Shown: one piece after another, positions 26,413-36,505 of the stretch
Position numbering within the stretch: the stretch's first letter is position 1
Layout of the letters: each line of letters opens with the position of its first letter
Origin: a virus
DNA: 64,000 bases
Direction: 5' to 3' (one strand)
Virus record (IMG/VR): IMGVR_UViG_3300036826_000567
Span: 1-64,000 of that record
Translations under genes and position numbers: made by a program
Notes under the pieces: generated by a model
Told to the model about the DNA's origin: nothing
Database searches by the model: none
The model's input: the letters and a program-made list of their open reading frames with translations, nothing else

Positions 26413-29028
26413 GTGGGGATTGTGGCAGAGAGCAACGTTGGAACCATATCAGCATCTCTCCGCATCGATAGTACAGCCTGGACTCAAGGACTGCAGCAAG
26501 CACAGCAGCAGCTTGCGCAGTTTGGGCAGGCCATCTCGCGCACGATAACACCTGCGACGCAAGCGGCCCAGCAACAGATGACCGGCCTGGCGCAGAGTGT
26601 AGGCCAGGTGACCACGCAGATGACCCAAGCCACCCGCGCCACCTCGGGGTGGACGCAGGCCCTGTCTGTCGCCGGGGGTATTGGCATTGCCACATCACTC
26701 CAGGGGATTGTCTCCAGTCTCAAAGACTTTGCGGCAGAGTCCGTGCGGGTCGCGACGCGTCTGGAACAACTCCGCGCGTCCCTCAGTGCCATCGGTGGCA
26801 GTACGGCCATCGGCCAGCAACAGTTCCAGCAACTCTTCCAGACCGCGCAACAACTCGGCATTGCCTTTGAGCCCCTGTTGCAGGGATGGCGACGGCTCAC
26901 GGCTGCCGCGGCGCAAACGAATCTCCCCCTTGCCGACCAACGTCGCCTCTTGCAAGCCGTGGCAGCGGAAGGGCGACGGGTGGGGGCAAGTAATGAGGAG
27001 TTGAGCCGCGCCTTCCTGGCGATTGGGCAGGTCGCCAGCAAGGGCACCCTCCAGATGGAGGAATTACGCCAACAGCTTGGCGAGGCACTCCCGACAGCAC
27101 TCGGAGCCCTGGCGCGGGGCATGGGGCGGACCACCGAGGATCTCATCAAGCTCATTGAGACTGGGACCATCCGTTTTCCCACCTTCGCCCGGGCCTTGAC
27201 CCGGGGCTTTGAAGAGATCCAGGCCACGTCACGTGGGGTCGCTGAGACCTCGCAACAAGTCTTTAACCGCCTGGGCAATGCCCTTACGGCCTTCAAGGAT
27301 GCGATTGGGCAAAACGTGCTTCCTGAGTTGGTACGCCTAGCGAGGGTGGCGCAGAACATTCTCGATACGGCCACCAATATCCTGAATATCACGGGAGGAC
27401 GTGGTGGGGCAGGACCCCAAGGGCCAACGCTCGGCGAACTCGGCTTTACCGCCGATCAACAGCGGGAGGCCGAGCGGCTCCAGCGCTTGATTGACCTCTA
27501 TACACGCCAGGCTGGGCAGGGCACGCCAGCCATGCAGCAGCAACGGGCCGAGATGATTGCCCGTGCCCGTGAGCAACTCGAGCAACTCAATCAGAGCGTC
27601 CGCAGTACCGAAGACCAGGCAACAGCTCAGGCGAAAGTCACGGCTGAAACGAATAAGACGAATACCCAACTTGAGCTGCAAAAGGACTTCGTGACGGATA
27701 TCCGCAAGCAGCTGGACGAAGTGAGCAAGGCCCAGGCGGCCTTTCGCAAGGAAGCCGCGCTTGATCCTGGGCGGCTGGGCCGGATGGGTGGCACGTCGGA
27801 CGAGGCGATTACCTTCCTGCAAGAGCGACAGCGCGTCCTGGGTAAACCGCTGGAAGACCTCGTCAAAGCCGCGGCCAATCCCCCGCCAGGGGTGACGCTT
27901 CCTGCGGATCTGCGCCAACAAATCTCTGCCGTCAGTGCTGAATATGCCAAACTCGGCGGGGAGATGGAGCGCATACGCGACGTCGAACGGGAAGCCGCAC
28001 GTGCCGCACGCGAAGCCGAGACGGCCCGCAAGCGCGAAGCCGCAGAAGTTGAGCGGGACTTCCGGGAGCAGCGGCAGGAACGCTGGAAGAACCTCGACAT
28101 CTTCGGCATCATGCTCAGTCCCGAGCAAGAGGCTGACCTCAAAAACCAGATGCGGGAGCAGCGTGAGCGCATTCAGGAAGCCGCCAAGGGCCTCGACATC
28201 TTCGGCCTGGAACTCTCCCCCGAGCAGGAGCAGCGTCGACGGGCGGCCCTTGACTTCCAACGCCGTCTTGATGAGCAGTTACAGCGCCAGCAGGGGACCC
28301 GTGAGGAGCGGCCTGAAATCCGCCTACGCCAAGAAGCCGAACGCGCTGGGTTAACCCTCTCTGCTGAGCAAGAAGCGCAACTGCGGCGCATCACGGCCAT
28401 CCGGGAAGAGCAAGAACGCCTGCATGACGTGCTGCGCATCTTTGATGATCTGGCGACGTCCGTGGGCAATGCCTGGGGCAATGCGCTCACCAGTATCGCG
28501 GACGGCACCATGCGCGTCTCGGACGCCTTCAAAGCTATGGCGAAGTCTATCCTCCAATCCATGGCACAGATCGCCTCGCAGGAAGCCTTTCGGGCACTCA
28601 TTAGGATTGGTGCGGGCCTCATCACCGGCGCCTTTACGGGAACGGCAGGCAATGCCCTCGCCTTTGAGCCTGCGGGTGCGGTGGGGGCCGGCATCAATCC
28701 GGTCATGTTCCAGGGCGGCGGCATGATTACGAAGCCGACGCTCGCCATGATTGGCGAAGGCCCAAGCTACACCAAGCCTGAAGTGGTGATGAATCGGCCC
28801 CAGATGGAGGGGCTCATGGCCTCGATGGTCCGAGGCGGCTCTGGAGGTGGTGCATCAAGCGGTGGAGGCGTGACCGTGATGAACTTTCCCTCTAGGGAAG
28901 CAGCCGAGGAAGCGGCTCCAGCAGAACGTGCGCGTAATCGACAGGTTGTGCTCAATGAGGTGCTCCAAGATCTCAGACAGGGATCTGGCAGTCAGATAGG
29001 TCGCATGATGCGTCTCTCGCAACAGTAA
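26413..29028 (+). CDS. Tape measure protein
   Basis: 871 aa, helical; AIGQVASKGTLQMEELRQQLGEALP tape-measure domain; C-terminal FQGGGMITKPTLAMIGEG. Confidence 0.92.
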   Translation: MGIVAESNVGTISASLRIDSTAWTQGLQQAQQQLAQFGQAISRTITPATQAAQQQMTGLAQSVGQVTTQMTQATRATSGWTQALSVAGGIGIATSLQGIVSSLKDFAAESVRVATRLEQLRASLSAIGGSTAIGQQQFQQLFQTAQQLGIAFEPLLQGWRRLTAAAAQTNLPLADQRRLLQAVAAEGRRVGASNEELSRAFLAIGQVASKGTLQMEELRQQLGEALPTALGALARGMGRTTEDLIKLIETGTIRFPTFARALTRGFEEIQATSRGVAETSQQVFNRLGNALTAFKDAIGQNVLPELVRLARVAQNILDTATNILNITGGRGGAGPQGPTLGELGFTADQQREAERLQRLIDLYTRQAGQGTPAMQQQRAEMIARAREQLEQLNQSVRSTEDQATAQAKVTAETNKTNTQLELQKDFVTDIRKQLDEVSKAQAAFRKEAALDPGRLGRMGGTSDEAITFLQERQRVLGKPLEDLVKAAANPPPGVTLPADLRQQISAVSAEYAKLGGEMERIRDVEREAARAAREAETARKREAAEVERDFREQRQERWKNLDIFGIMLSPEQEADLKNQMREQRERIQEAAKGLDIFGLELSPEQEQRRRAALDFQRRLDEQLQRQQGTREERPEIRLRQEAERAGLTLSAEQEAQLRRITAIREEQERLHDVLRIFDDLATSVGNAWGNALTSIADGTMRVSDAFKAMAKSILQSMAQIASQEAFRALIRIGAGLITGAFTGTAGNALAFEPAGAVGAGINPVMFQGGGMITKPTLAMIGEGPSYTKPEVVMNRPQMEGLMASMVRGGSGGGASSGGGVTVMNFPSREAAEEAAPAERARNRQVVLNEVLQDLRQGSGSQIGRMMRLSQQ

Positions 29029-29037
29029 GGATCAGTC

Positions 29038-29313
29038 ATGGCTGATGACACGCCACCCGAAGACGTCCAGCAGGAGCCCCCAGGCCCGCCCTCCCTGCGT
29101 CAGGCCCTCACCGACGCGTTGGGCTTGCCGCAGGAGACGTTTCTGGTGGAGTTCCTGCTAGGCGAGGAGACGCCGCCCGTGGTGCGCTGTCATTACTACC
29201 CGACGCGTGAGGCGATGGAGAAGGCCGTGGTCATCTTTGCAGAGTATGAGTTGGTGGCGCGACAAAGGCGTGAGCAGCAAGGCGAGACGCCGCTGCCAGG
29301 AGAGGGGGCATAA
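29038..29313 (+). CDS. Hypothetical protein
   Basis: AAGGA RBS; coupled to the next gene. Confidence 0.55.
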   Translation: MADDTPPEDVQQEPPGPPSLRQALTDALGLPQETFLVEFLLGEETPPVVRCHYYPTREAMEKAVVIFAEYELVARQRREQQGETPLPGEGA

Positions 29314-29897
29314 TGGCGCTCTTCCCTGGCTCGCCGCTCCCGAGTTCGGTTTCCGCACCGACCATCATTGAGCCCATGCTCGAGTTTGTATCGGACGGTT
29401 TGTACTCGGTGAGGCGTGCACTTGCCAGTCGTCCGCGTCGTCGATACACACTTGAATATCTCGGCCTGAGCACGTTTAACTACTGGATTATCCGTGACTT
29501 CATCCAGGCCAATCGTAATGGCGTGCTGCCCTTTTCTTGGGTCCACCCGACCGCCTGGGCAGTTGTCCCAGCCACGAACACCACGCCGGTGTGGCTCCAG
29601 TACCTGCACGGCATGGTCACGGGGCAGTGGGTCAACATCGGCTCCGGGCCTGCGGGGCTCCTCGGCACATGGCAGGTCACCCGCGTGGATAACAGCAACC
29701 TCATCCTCAACGGCTCCGTGGCGAGTGGCGCAGGGGTGACGGTGAGCGTGGCGGTGTATCTGCCCTATGCGATTGCCAGGTTCAACGAAAATCAGTGGGA
29801 ATCGCCCGTCAAGCTTATAGGACCAGAGCAACTTGCTCTAGCGGGGCGGCGAGAAGGCTTCTTCAACGCGGCTATCCAAATAGAAGAGATATTTTAG
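29313..29897 (+). CDS. Distal tail protein (lambda gpM-like) with an inserted beta domain
   Basis: RPRRRYTLEY...PFSWVHP...ARF...IEEIF; position after the tape measure gene. Confidence 0.6.
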   Translation: MALFPGSPLPSSVSAPTIIEPMLEFVSDGLYSVRRALASRPRRRYTLEYLGLSTFNYWIIRDFIQANRNGVLPFSWVHPTAWAVVPATNTTPVWLQYLHGMVTGQWVNIGSGPAGLLGTWQVTRVDNSNLILNGSVASGAGVTVSVAVYLPYAIARFNENQWESPVKLIGPEQLALAGRREGFFNAAIQIEEIF

Positions 29898-30400
29898 TGC
29901 GCATCCTGAACCCGATTTTGCGCCGTGAGATCAACCAGCTGGCGTCTGATCACGTCTGGACCATGGCCCTTGAACTCACTATCGCTGGTGCCCCGGTGCC
30001 GTTCAGGGTCGTGAATTATGACCAGGATATTGTGATGAATGGCTTGTCGTTCCTCCGCTTCCCCTTTGCCGTTGACAGCTTGGAGGAAGCGACCTCTGCG
30101 TCTCTGGTCAATATTCGTGTCACACCGCAGAACGTCACGCAAGACATGTCCAGTTTGCTAGAGAACTACTGGGCGTCCGTCGCTGACCCGGACTGGAGTG
30201 TGATCATATGGGCCATTGACGCCACCAATCCGAATCTCACGGCCTTTGGCTCGGGCGAACTCTTTACCGTGTCGAGCGTGGCGACGGATCTGGTGAGCGC
30301 CGTTTTTGACATGATTGCGGAAGGCTTGACTCTTTCCGCCACAGTGCCGAAGCGTCGTTTTACCACATCCGGAGGTTTTGCCTTCATCCCCCGAAGGTAG
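29897..30400 (+). CDS. Tail tip protein (gpL/DUF1833-like)
   Basis: FRVVNYDQDIVMNGLSFLRFPF; position; GTG start coupled to the upstream stop. Confidence 0.6.
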   Translation: MRILNPILRREINQLASDHVWTMALELTIAGAPVPFRVVNYDQDIVMNGLSFLRFPFAVDSLEEATSASLVNIRVTPQNVTQDMSSLLENYWASVADPDWSVIIWAIDATNPNLTAFGSGELFTVSSVATDLVSAVFDMIAEGLTLSATVPKRRFTTSGGFAFIPRR

Positions 30401-30404
30401 CGAT

Positions 30405-30800
30405 ATGGCGTATGTAACCATCCCCGATCTTGCCGCACTCATTGAGCCCTTGCTGGGCTTGCCCTATAGCGAGCGGAATTGCCGGGGCCTCGTCGAGCAC
30501 CTCTTCTACGAGGGTTTTGGCCTGGACCTCGGCAAGCAGTCTGGGACGGATCTGAACATCGTCTTTCAGGAAATCTGGTGGCATCGGGACCAGGTTGATC
30601 CGCTCTCCCTCGCGCACCCCTGGGATCTGGTCATCATGGATGAGCATGACCTGCTGCCCGTCGGGACGCACGTCGGGGTGGTCGTCGATAGCCAGCGTTT
30701 TGTGCATGCGAGGAATAGTGCAACAGGGGTTGCCTTGGGGCGACTCCGCACCTGGCGCCCGCGCCTCTTACAGATGGCCCGCTACAGGGAACTGATCTGA
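30405..30800 (+). CDS. NlpC/P60 tail assembly protein (gpK-like)
   Basis: LLGLPY...NCRGLV...HVGVVV...FVHA. Confidence 0.8.
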   Translation: MAYVTIPDLAALIEPLLGLPYSERNCRGLVEHLFYEGFGLDLGKQSGTDLNIVFQEIWWHRDQVDPLSLAHPWDLVIMDEHDLLPVGTHVGVVVDSQRFVHARNSATGVALGRLRTWRPRLLQMARYRELI

Positions 30801-33800
30801 TGGCGATTGCTTTGCTCCCAGAGACGACAGAGGACAGCACGCCCCCACCGCCGCGGATGGCGTGTTTGGCACTGCTCTGCTCTCCCATACGCGGGGCAGA
30901 CGGCACCTGGCGCGTGCTCCGCTCTGAGGTCGAGTGCTCACAGACGCTTGCGGACGTCTTGCCTGCTCGCCTCACTATGGATCGGGTCATTGTCAACGGT
31001 GGCGTCATTCCGCCTGAGCACTATGAGAGGCATCACCTCCTCGAAGGCGATGAGATCCTGGTGATTCCCGCCTGGGGGATTCCAGCTGCAGCCGTGATTC
31101 CCATCATTGTCGGCCTGGCGCTTTCTATTGCGACCACTGCCCTCTCCTATCTCCTCTTTCCACCGCCCAAAGCCCACAACATTCAGCAGAGCCCTGAAGA
31201 ACCGACCTACTCCTTTGAGGGTATTCGCACGGCAGTTGGCCCTGGGGCTCCTGTTCCTGTGATCTATGGACGTCAACGCGTTGGTGGGCAGCTCCTCAGC
31301 TCGTCCGTCGATCAGGTAGTCACGATCCTTGATGATGGCACCGCACCCCGGCGTATCCAGGCGGCGGCGGCTCCCGCGACCCTGAGCCTGCTCCTGGCCC
31401 TGGGCGAGGGGCCGGTCTCCACGATTGATCCGCTGCAGATTCAGATCAATGGCCAGCCGTATAGTAATTTTGTCGGGGTCATCCCGTACACGAACCTGGG
31501 CAGCGCCGATCAGGCCCCCCTGCCAACGTTTGGCGAAGCGGCCAATACCTTTGCCGATGGGCGCGAGATTCCCGAAGCTGTGAGCGTGATGACCTACACC
31601 ACCACGGCTTCCGTCCATGCCTTTGTGCTCAACATCACCTTTGACCGGGGTCTCTACGCCTTCAATCCACGCGGGGAGAAGGTGGATAACGTCGTCCGGC
31701 TCCAGTACCGCTACCGTGTTGTGGGGCAAGTGGACTACTACGCCTGGTCCGAGTACGAGGTGGTGGCAGCCCGGACGAGCGTGGTGCGCTTTGGTATTCG
31801 CAAGGAAGGGCTGTTCTTTGGGGCCTACGACATCCAACTGCAGGTGACGTTTGTGCAGAGCGTGACCAATGCCGAGTGGGTGCCAACACTCGAGAGTGTG
31901 ACGGAGATCCAGGTCAATACCCAGAGCTACCCCAACACGGCGCTCCTTGGGCTGCGCGCCCTTGCCACGGATACCCTGCAAGGCGCACTCCCGAACATCA
32001 CTGTCGAGATCCTGGGCCGACTGGTCCGCGTTGGGAGCTTTGGCGCGACGCTGACCTGGAGTGATAACCCGGCCTGGTGTGTGATGGACTTCTTGACCAA
32101 TACCCGCTATGGCCTGGGTATTCCTGATGGGGAGATTGACCTGGCCGGTTTCCAGGTCTGGGCGACCTACTGCGACCAGGATATCGGGGGTGAGAGGCGA
32201 CATACCTTCAATTACACGCTGGACCGGGATGTGCGCGCCCAGCAAGCGCTCCTCGAAATGATGGGCGGCTCGCGGAGCATCCTCTTTAAGAGTGAGGGAC
32301 TGTGGACGCCGCGTCCGACGCGCAATGAACTGCCAGAACAGCTCATCTCCTGGGCGAACTGCACCGACCTGAAGCTGACCTATACCCGGGATCAGGACCG
32401 GGTGAACGTGATCGAAGCACGGTTTGCGAACGAAGAGGAAGATTTCCAGCAGGACGTGCTCACCTGGCCCACCATCGAACACTGGCCCTCGGAGGTGCGC
32501 AAAGCAAGCATTGAAGTGCGCGGAGTGACGAAGCCCTCCAGGGTCATGCGGGCCATGCAGTTTGAACTCAATCGCCGGCGCTTTGAGAATCTCTCGTTGG
32601 AGATGACCTGCGCCCTCGACGCGATTGTCCTGCAACCCCATGACCTCTTTCGCTTCAGTCATCCCTTGCCCGGGTGGGGGACGTCGGGCCGTGTGATGGA
32701 TGGCAGCACGGTCAGCCTGATCCGCCTCGATGTCCCGGTGACGTTCTCGGGTGCCCAGAGTTACATCGTCTACGTGCGGCATGAAGACGGTTCGACCGAG
32801 GTGAAACCCGTCGCCTATCCGGGTGATGTCTCGACGATGACACTGACCCTGATTACCCCGCTTGCCACGTTCCCGGTGGCGCGGAACAGCCTGTGGGCCT
32901 TTGGCTACCTGCTACCGCCAGTTGACACTGCGACCAAGATTTTCCGCGTCGTGCGCATGCAGCGTATGAGTGATACGACCGTGCGGATTCAGGCGATGGT
33001 GCACAACCCGAGTATTTACGATGAGGCCGACGCGGTACCGTTGCCAATCATCACGGACCTGTTCAATCCACTGGGGCCTCCTCCCGCGCTGACCTCCCTG
33101 GTACTGCGTGAGATCGTGCGGATTCAGACCTCTGGCCACTCGCTGCGCGTGGTCAACGTGTCCTGGGACGTGGGGCCGCTTACCCGCGGCTTTGCGCCCT
33201 ACGGCGGGGCCTTGATCCTCCGACGCACCGTCATGGCTGCGGCCCTCGGCGGGAGTGGGACCGCTGGTGGTACGCTGGCCGGTGAACTCCGGAGTAGCAC
33301 GGACAGCAACGACAATTTTATGCCCCTCACGCAGGTGAACGGGCATGTCCTGGACTGGGATGATTACACGGTGTCCGCCGGGGTCACGTATGTCTACCGG
33401 GTCGTGCCGATGTCGCAACGCGGCGTGCCGAACAATGTGGGGGCGCTGGAAGCCACCATCCATGTGGCAGGACCAACGACGCCGGGGTATTTCCCTGGCC
33501 GCGTGCGGAATCTGCGTCTGCGCGGAAAACAGCCGGGTGAGACGGTCTGGGAAGGCCGGGATGTCCATCTCCAGTGGGAGCCTGTGGCCGATACCGGGCT
33601 GTTCACCTCCACCTTTTTCGTGCTGGATTATGTGGTCGAGGTGTGGGCGCCGGGGCAGACCTATCTGATGCGCCATACCTCCGTGCCCACGAAAGGCCCG
33701 GAAGACACTATTGACTACACATATACGCTGGAGCAAAACATCGAAGACCAGACCCGCTCGGGGCAGCAAGGCGCACGCCGCGACCTCCAGTTTAACGTCT

Positions 33801-35866
33801 GGGCACGGACGAACACGGGGCTGCTCTCCGATGAACCTGCCAGTATCACGGTGGTCAACCCGCCACCGGACATGAGCAACATTATTCCCGAGTGTCAAAC
33901 GATGTTTGGCGGTGCCGTCATCTCGTGGGATCAGTATTTCGAGCCCCGCGATTTTGAGCACTACGAGATTCATCTGGACACCATCACGCCGCCGATCGCT
34001 ATTTACCTGGACCTGGGCTTTACGGGGCCGGGGCGCTCCATCCGCAAGATCATGCCGCAAAATCTGACCATCGGCATCACGTACTATGTCTATATCCTGC
34101 CCTATGACACCTTTGGCCCTGGCATTCCCTCGCAGATCAATAGCTTTGTGCCCGCGAGTCTCACGGGGGAAGACATCGACACGACGCCACCGGCGGTGCC
34201 CACGGGGCTTGCGCTGGCGACCGGGACGACCACCGGCACCGATGGCACAATTATCCCCTATGTCGAAGCGAGCTGGAATCCCAACATCGAAACGGACATG
34301 AGCGGGTATGAGGTGCACTTCCGGCTCGGGACGTTTCCTGTCCCCGAGACGCGCTTCATCTCGCATCCCAATACCTCAGTGCGGCTTGAGAATGTGCCTG
34401 GTGGCATCACGATCTATGCCAAAGTGCTGGCCTATGACCACTTCCAGAACAAGAGCGACTTTACCGCTGAGGTCTCGATTGGTACGGGGGTCGATGTCGT
34501 CCCACCTGGCACCGCGACTGGACTCACGGCGACCGGCAGCATCAAGAGCATCGCCCTCCTGTGGACACCGCCTGCCGATCTGGACTATAGCCATAGCCTC
34601 GTCTATGCCGCAACGACGAATAATCGTGCAACAGCTGCGGTCGTGGGCTCGGGACAGTTCAGCTTCGTGCATGACGGTCTGGGCGCCAACGACACGCGGT
34701 TTTACTGGGTCCGCACGGTTGACACCTCGAATAATCTCGGGCCGTTTCATCCCCTGGGAGAGACGGCGGGTGTCTCTGGTACGGCAGGCCAACTTGATAC
34801 GACCTATATCCAGAATCTGGCCGCCGAGAAGATCCTGGCAGGCATCCTCCAGGTCTTCGTGCAGCTCTCCGTCGCTGGCAGCGTCTACCTCGATGGGGTC
34901 AATTCGCTCATCTACATCTATGATCGGCAACCCGAGCCGAAACTTCGCGCTGTCTTGGGCAAGCTCGGGCCGCTGGGGGCAGAATTTGGCCTCCAACTCC
35001 TCAATAGCCTTGGGCAAATCGTCTTTGATGCGCGTACGGGCATGAATGAGCATGGCATTGAAGACAGCGCGATCACGGCGGGCAAGATCCGAGTTGGAGC
35101 TATTAATGCCGGCCATCTGACCACGACCAGCGCCGTGATCACGGCCACGGCCCAGATGGCCAATGCCATTATTGGCGATGCCCAGGTGAGCACGATTACC
35201 GTCAACAAGGTCATCAATGGCGTGATGGCCAACCTCTGGAACATCGGCGTTGGCAACAAGTTCTTCATCGATGGCTTCAACAGCAACCTCTATGTCTACG
35301 ATGCCCAATTTGAATTTCCCGATAACCGGATTCGCGTCTTGCTCGGACGTGTCGGGAGTGGCGTGCAGGATTATGGGTTGCGGATCTGGGATGCCAGCGG
35401 CACTCTCCAATGGGATTTCACGGGCGTGCGGACAGCAGGTATTACCCCCGGCAATGTCACCACGCCAACGGTGGCCGGCTACGCCATCACGAAAACCGCC
35501 ACGATGGTGGCGCCAGGACAGGTTACTACCGACAACACGCTGACGTCCGGGGGAGCCATCGCTATTGGCCCGCTCGCGAGTGAGGATCGTGTCCACATCA
35601 TCATGAAGGTCAATGGTCAGAATATCGGCTCAACGGCGGCGCAACTCGAAACAACCCTGCGCGAAGATGATGGCTTTGGCTCCGTGCTCGATGTCGGCTA
35701 CCTGAAGGATAGCGGCCTGGGGACTGTGGTGATGCAGGGTGTCTTCATCGCACCTGTGGGCGGATTGGCGTCGAAAACGTTCGTCCTGATCTTCCGCAAT
35801 GCCATCGGAACGGATCTGGTGGGGGTGTCCAATCGCAGCTTTGTTGCCACGCTGCTTCAGAGGTGA
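30800..35866 (+). CDS. Central tail tip/host specificity protein (gpJ-like) with a fused N-terminal gpI-like ubiquitin-fold region and FN3 domains
   Basis: VPVIYGRQRVGG, LGEGPV, YPNTALLG, WSDNPAWCVMDFLTNTRYGLG; DTTPPAVPTGL FN3 repeats. Confidence 0.9.
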   Translation: MAIALLPETTEDSTPPPPRMACLALLCSPIRGADGTWRVLRSEVECSQTLADVLPARLTMDRVIVNGGVIPPEHYERHHLLEGDEILVIPAWGIPAAAVIPIIVGLALSIATTALSYLLFPPPKAHNIQQSPEEPTYSFEGIRTAVGPGAPVPVIYGRQRVGGQLLSSSVDQVVTILDDGTAPRRIQAAAAPATLSLLLALGEGPVSTIDPLQIQINGQPYSNFVGVIPYTNLGSADQAPLPTFGEAANTFADGREIPEAVSVMTYTTTASVHAFVLNITFDRGLYAFNPRGEKVDNVVRLQYRYRVVGQVDYYAWSEYEVVAARTSVVRFGIRKEGLFFGAYDIQLQVTFVQSVTNAEWVPTLESVTEIQVNTQSYPNTALLGLRALATDTLQGALPNITVEILGRLVRVGSFGATLTWSDNPAWCVMDFLTNTRYGLGIPDGEIDLAGFQVWATYCDQDIGGERRHTFNYTLDRDVRAQQALLEMMGGSRSILFKSEGLWTPRPTRNELPEQLISWANCTDLKLTYTRDQDRVNVIEARFANEEEDFQQDVLTWPTIEHWPSEVRKASIEVRGVTKPSRVMRAMQFELNRRRFENLSLEMTCALDAIVLQPHDLFRFSHPLPGWGTSGRVMDGSTVSLIRLDVPVTFSGAQSYIVYVRHEDGSTEVKPVAYPGDVSTMTLTLITPLATFPVARNSLWAFGYLLPPVDTATKIFRVVRMQRMSDTTVRIQAMVHNPSIYDEADAVPLPIITDLFNPLGPPPALTSLVLREIVRIQTSGHSLRVVNVSWDVGPLTRGFAPYGGALILRRTVMAAALGGSGTAGGTLAGELRSSTDSNDNFMPLTQVNGHVLDWDDYTVSAGVTYVYRVVPMSQRGVPNNVGALEATIHVAGPTTPGYFPGRVRNLRLRGKQPGETVWEGRDVHLQWEPVADTGLFTSTFFVLDYVVEVWAPGQTYLMRHTSVPTKGPEDTIDYTYTLEQNIEDQTRSGQQGARRDLQFNVWARTNTGLLSDEPASITVVNPPPDMSNIIPECQTMFGGAVISWDQYFEPRDFEHYEIHLDTITPPIAIYLDLGFTGPGRSIRKIMPQNLTIGITYYVYILPYDTFGPGIPSQINSFVPASLTGEDIDTTPPAVPTGLALATGTTTGTDGTIIPYVEASWNPNIETDMSGYEVHFRLGTFPVPETRFISHPNTSVRLENVPGGITIYAKVLAYDHFQNKSDFTAEVSIGTGVDVVPPGTATGLTATGSIKSIALLWTPPADLDYSHSLVYAATTNNRATAAVVGSGQFSFVHDGLGANDTRFYWVRTVDTSNNLGPFHPLGETAGVSGTAGQLDTTYIQNLAAEKILAGILQVFVQLSVAGSVYLDGVNSLIYIYDRQPEPKLRAVLGKLGPLGAEFGLQLLNSLGQIVFDARTGMNEHGIEDSAITAGKIRVGAINAGHLTTTSAVITATAQMANAIIGDAQVSTITVNKVINGVMANLWNIGVGNKFFIDGFNSNLYVYDAQFEFPDNRIRVLLGRVGSGVQDYGLRIWDASGTLQWDFTGVRTAGITPGNVTTPTVAGYAITKTATMVAPGQVTTDNTLTSGGAIAIGPLASEDRVHIIMKVNGQNIGSTAAQLETTLREDDGFGSVLDVGYLKDSGLGTVVMQGVFIAPVGGLASKTFVLIFRNAIGTDLVGVSNRSFVATLLQR

Positions 35867-36503
35867 GAATGCAGCTTATCCACTATCGGCGGGAAGATGG
35901 CAGTATTGAGGCGGTCTATGAATCAGGGCTCCGGGAGATCCTGGAACTCAACCGCCGCGAGGATGACGTGATTGCCTCGGTCTTCGTCGATGATCCCGTT
36001 CTCGCTGCCCACCATGAGCGCTACCAGATTGTGGATGGCTGGGTCCAATTGAAAAGCCAGCTCCTGCTCAGCGCGGAGCCTCCCGCTCTTCCTGCTGATG
36101 GCATCTCAACGAGTACCATTACCGTGACGCCGTTTGTCCCTTGTCGGCTCGACGTCAACGGACGGCAGGTCATACTTACCCAGGATGATCCTATGCTGGT
36201 CCTGACGACGGATCAGGTGCAGCCAATCACCATCACGCTTGTGGCTATGCCAGGGTACTGGGCGCAGCCCCTCACCGTGGAGGCTGTCTAGCCATGCCCC
36301 GGCTTGACTTGCGCTTTGACCTGGCAGATCGCTTCACGCTCAACGAGCAGGTACTCTTGCGTGTGATGCAGCGCATGGTCAATCATATGCGGTTTTCAGC
36401 GTCAGGCTTTCTCAGTGACGAGGATGTGCGCGTGTTCGTCCAAGAGGTATTTCGCGATCTACAACCTCGCACCCCTGGCATGCCCAGCCAGGAAGGATCG
36501 TAG
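35863..36503 (+). CDS. Two small tail-associated hypothetical genes (35863-36291; 36294-36503)
   Basis: Coupled ORFs following the gpJ-like gene. Confidence 0.55.
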
Positions 36504-36505
36504 GC

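Noticed and set aside
21425-35596. Long minus-strand ORFs (21425-23149, 26484-27392, 30938-32782, 32912-34366, 34376-35596)
   Set aside because: Shadow frames of clearly assigned plus-strand structural genes.
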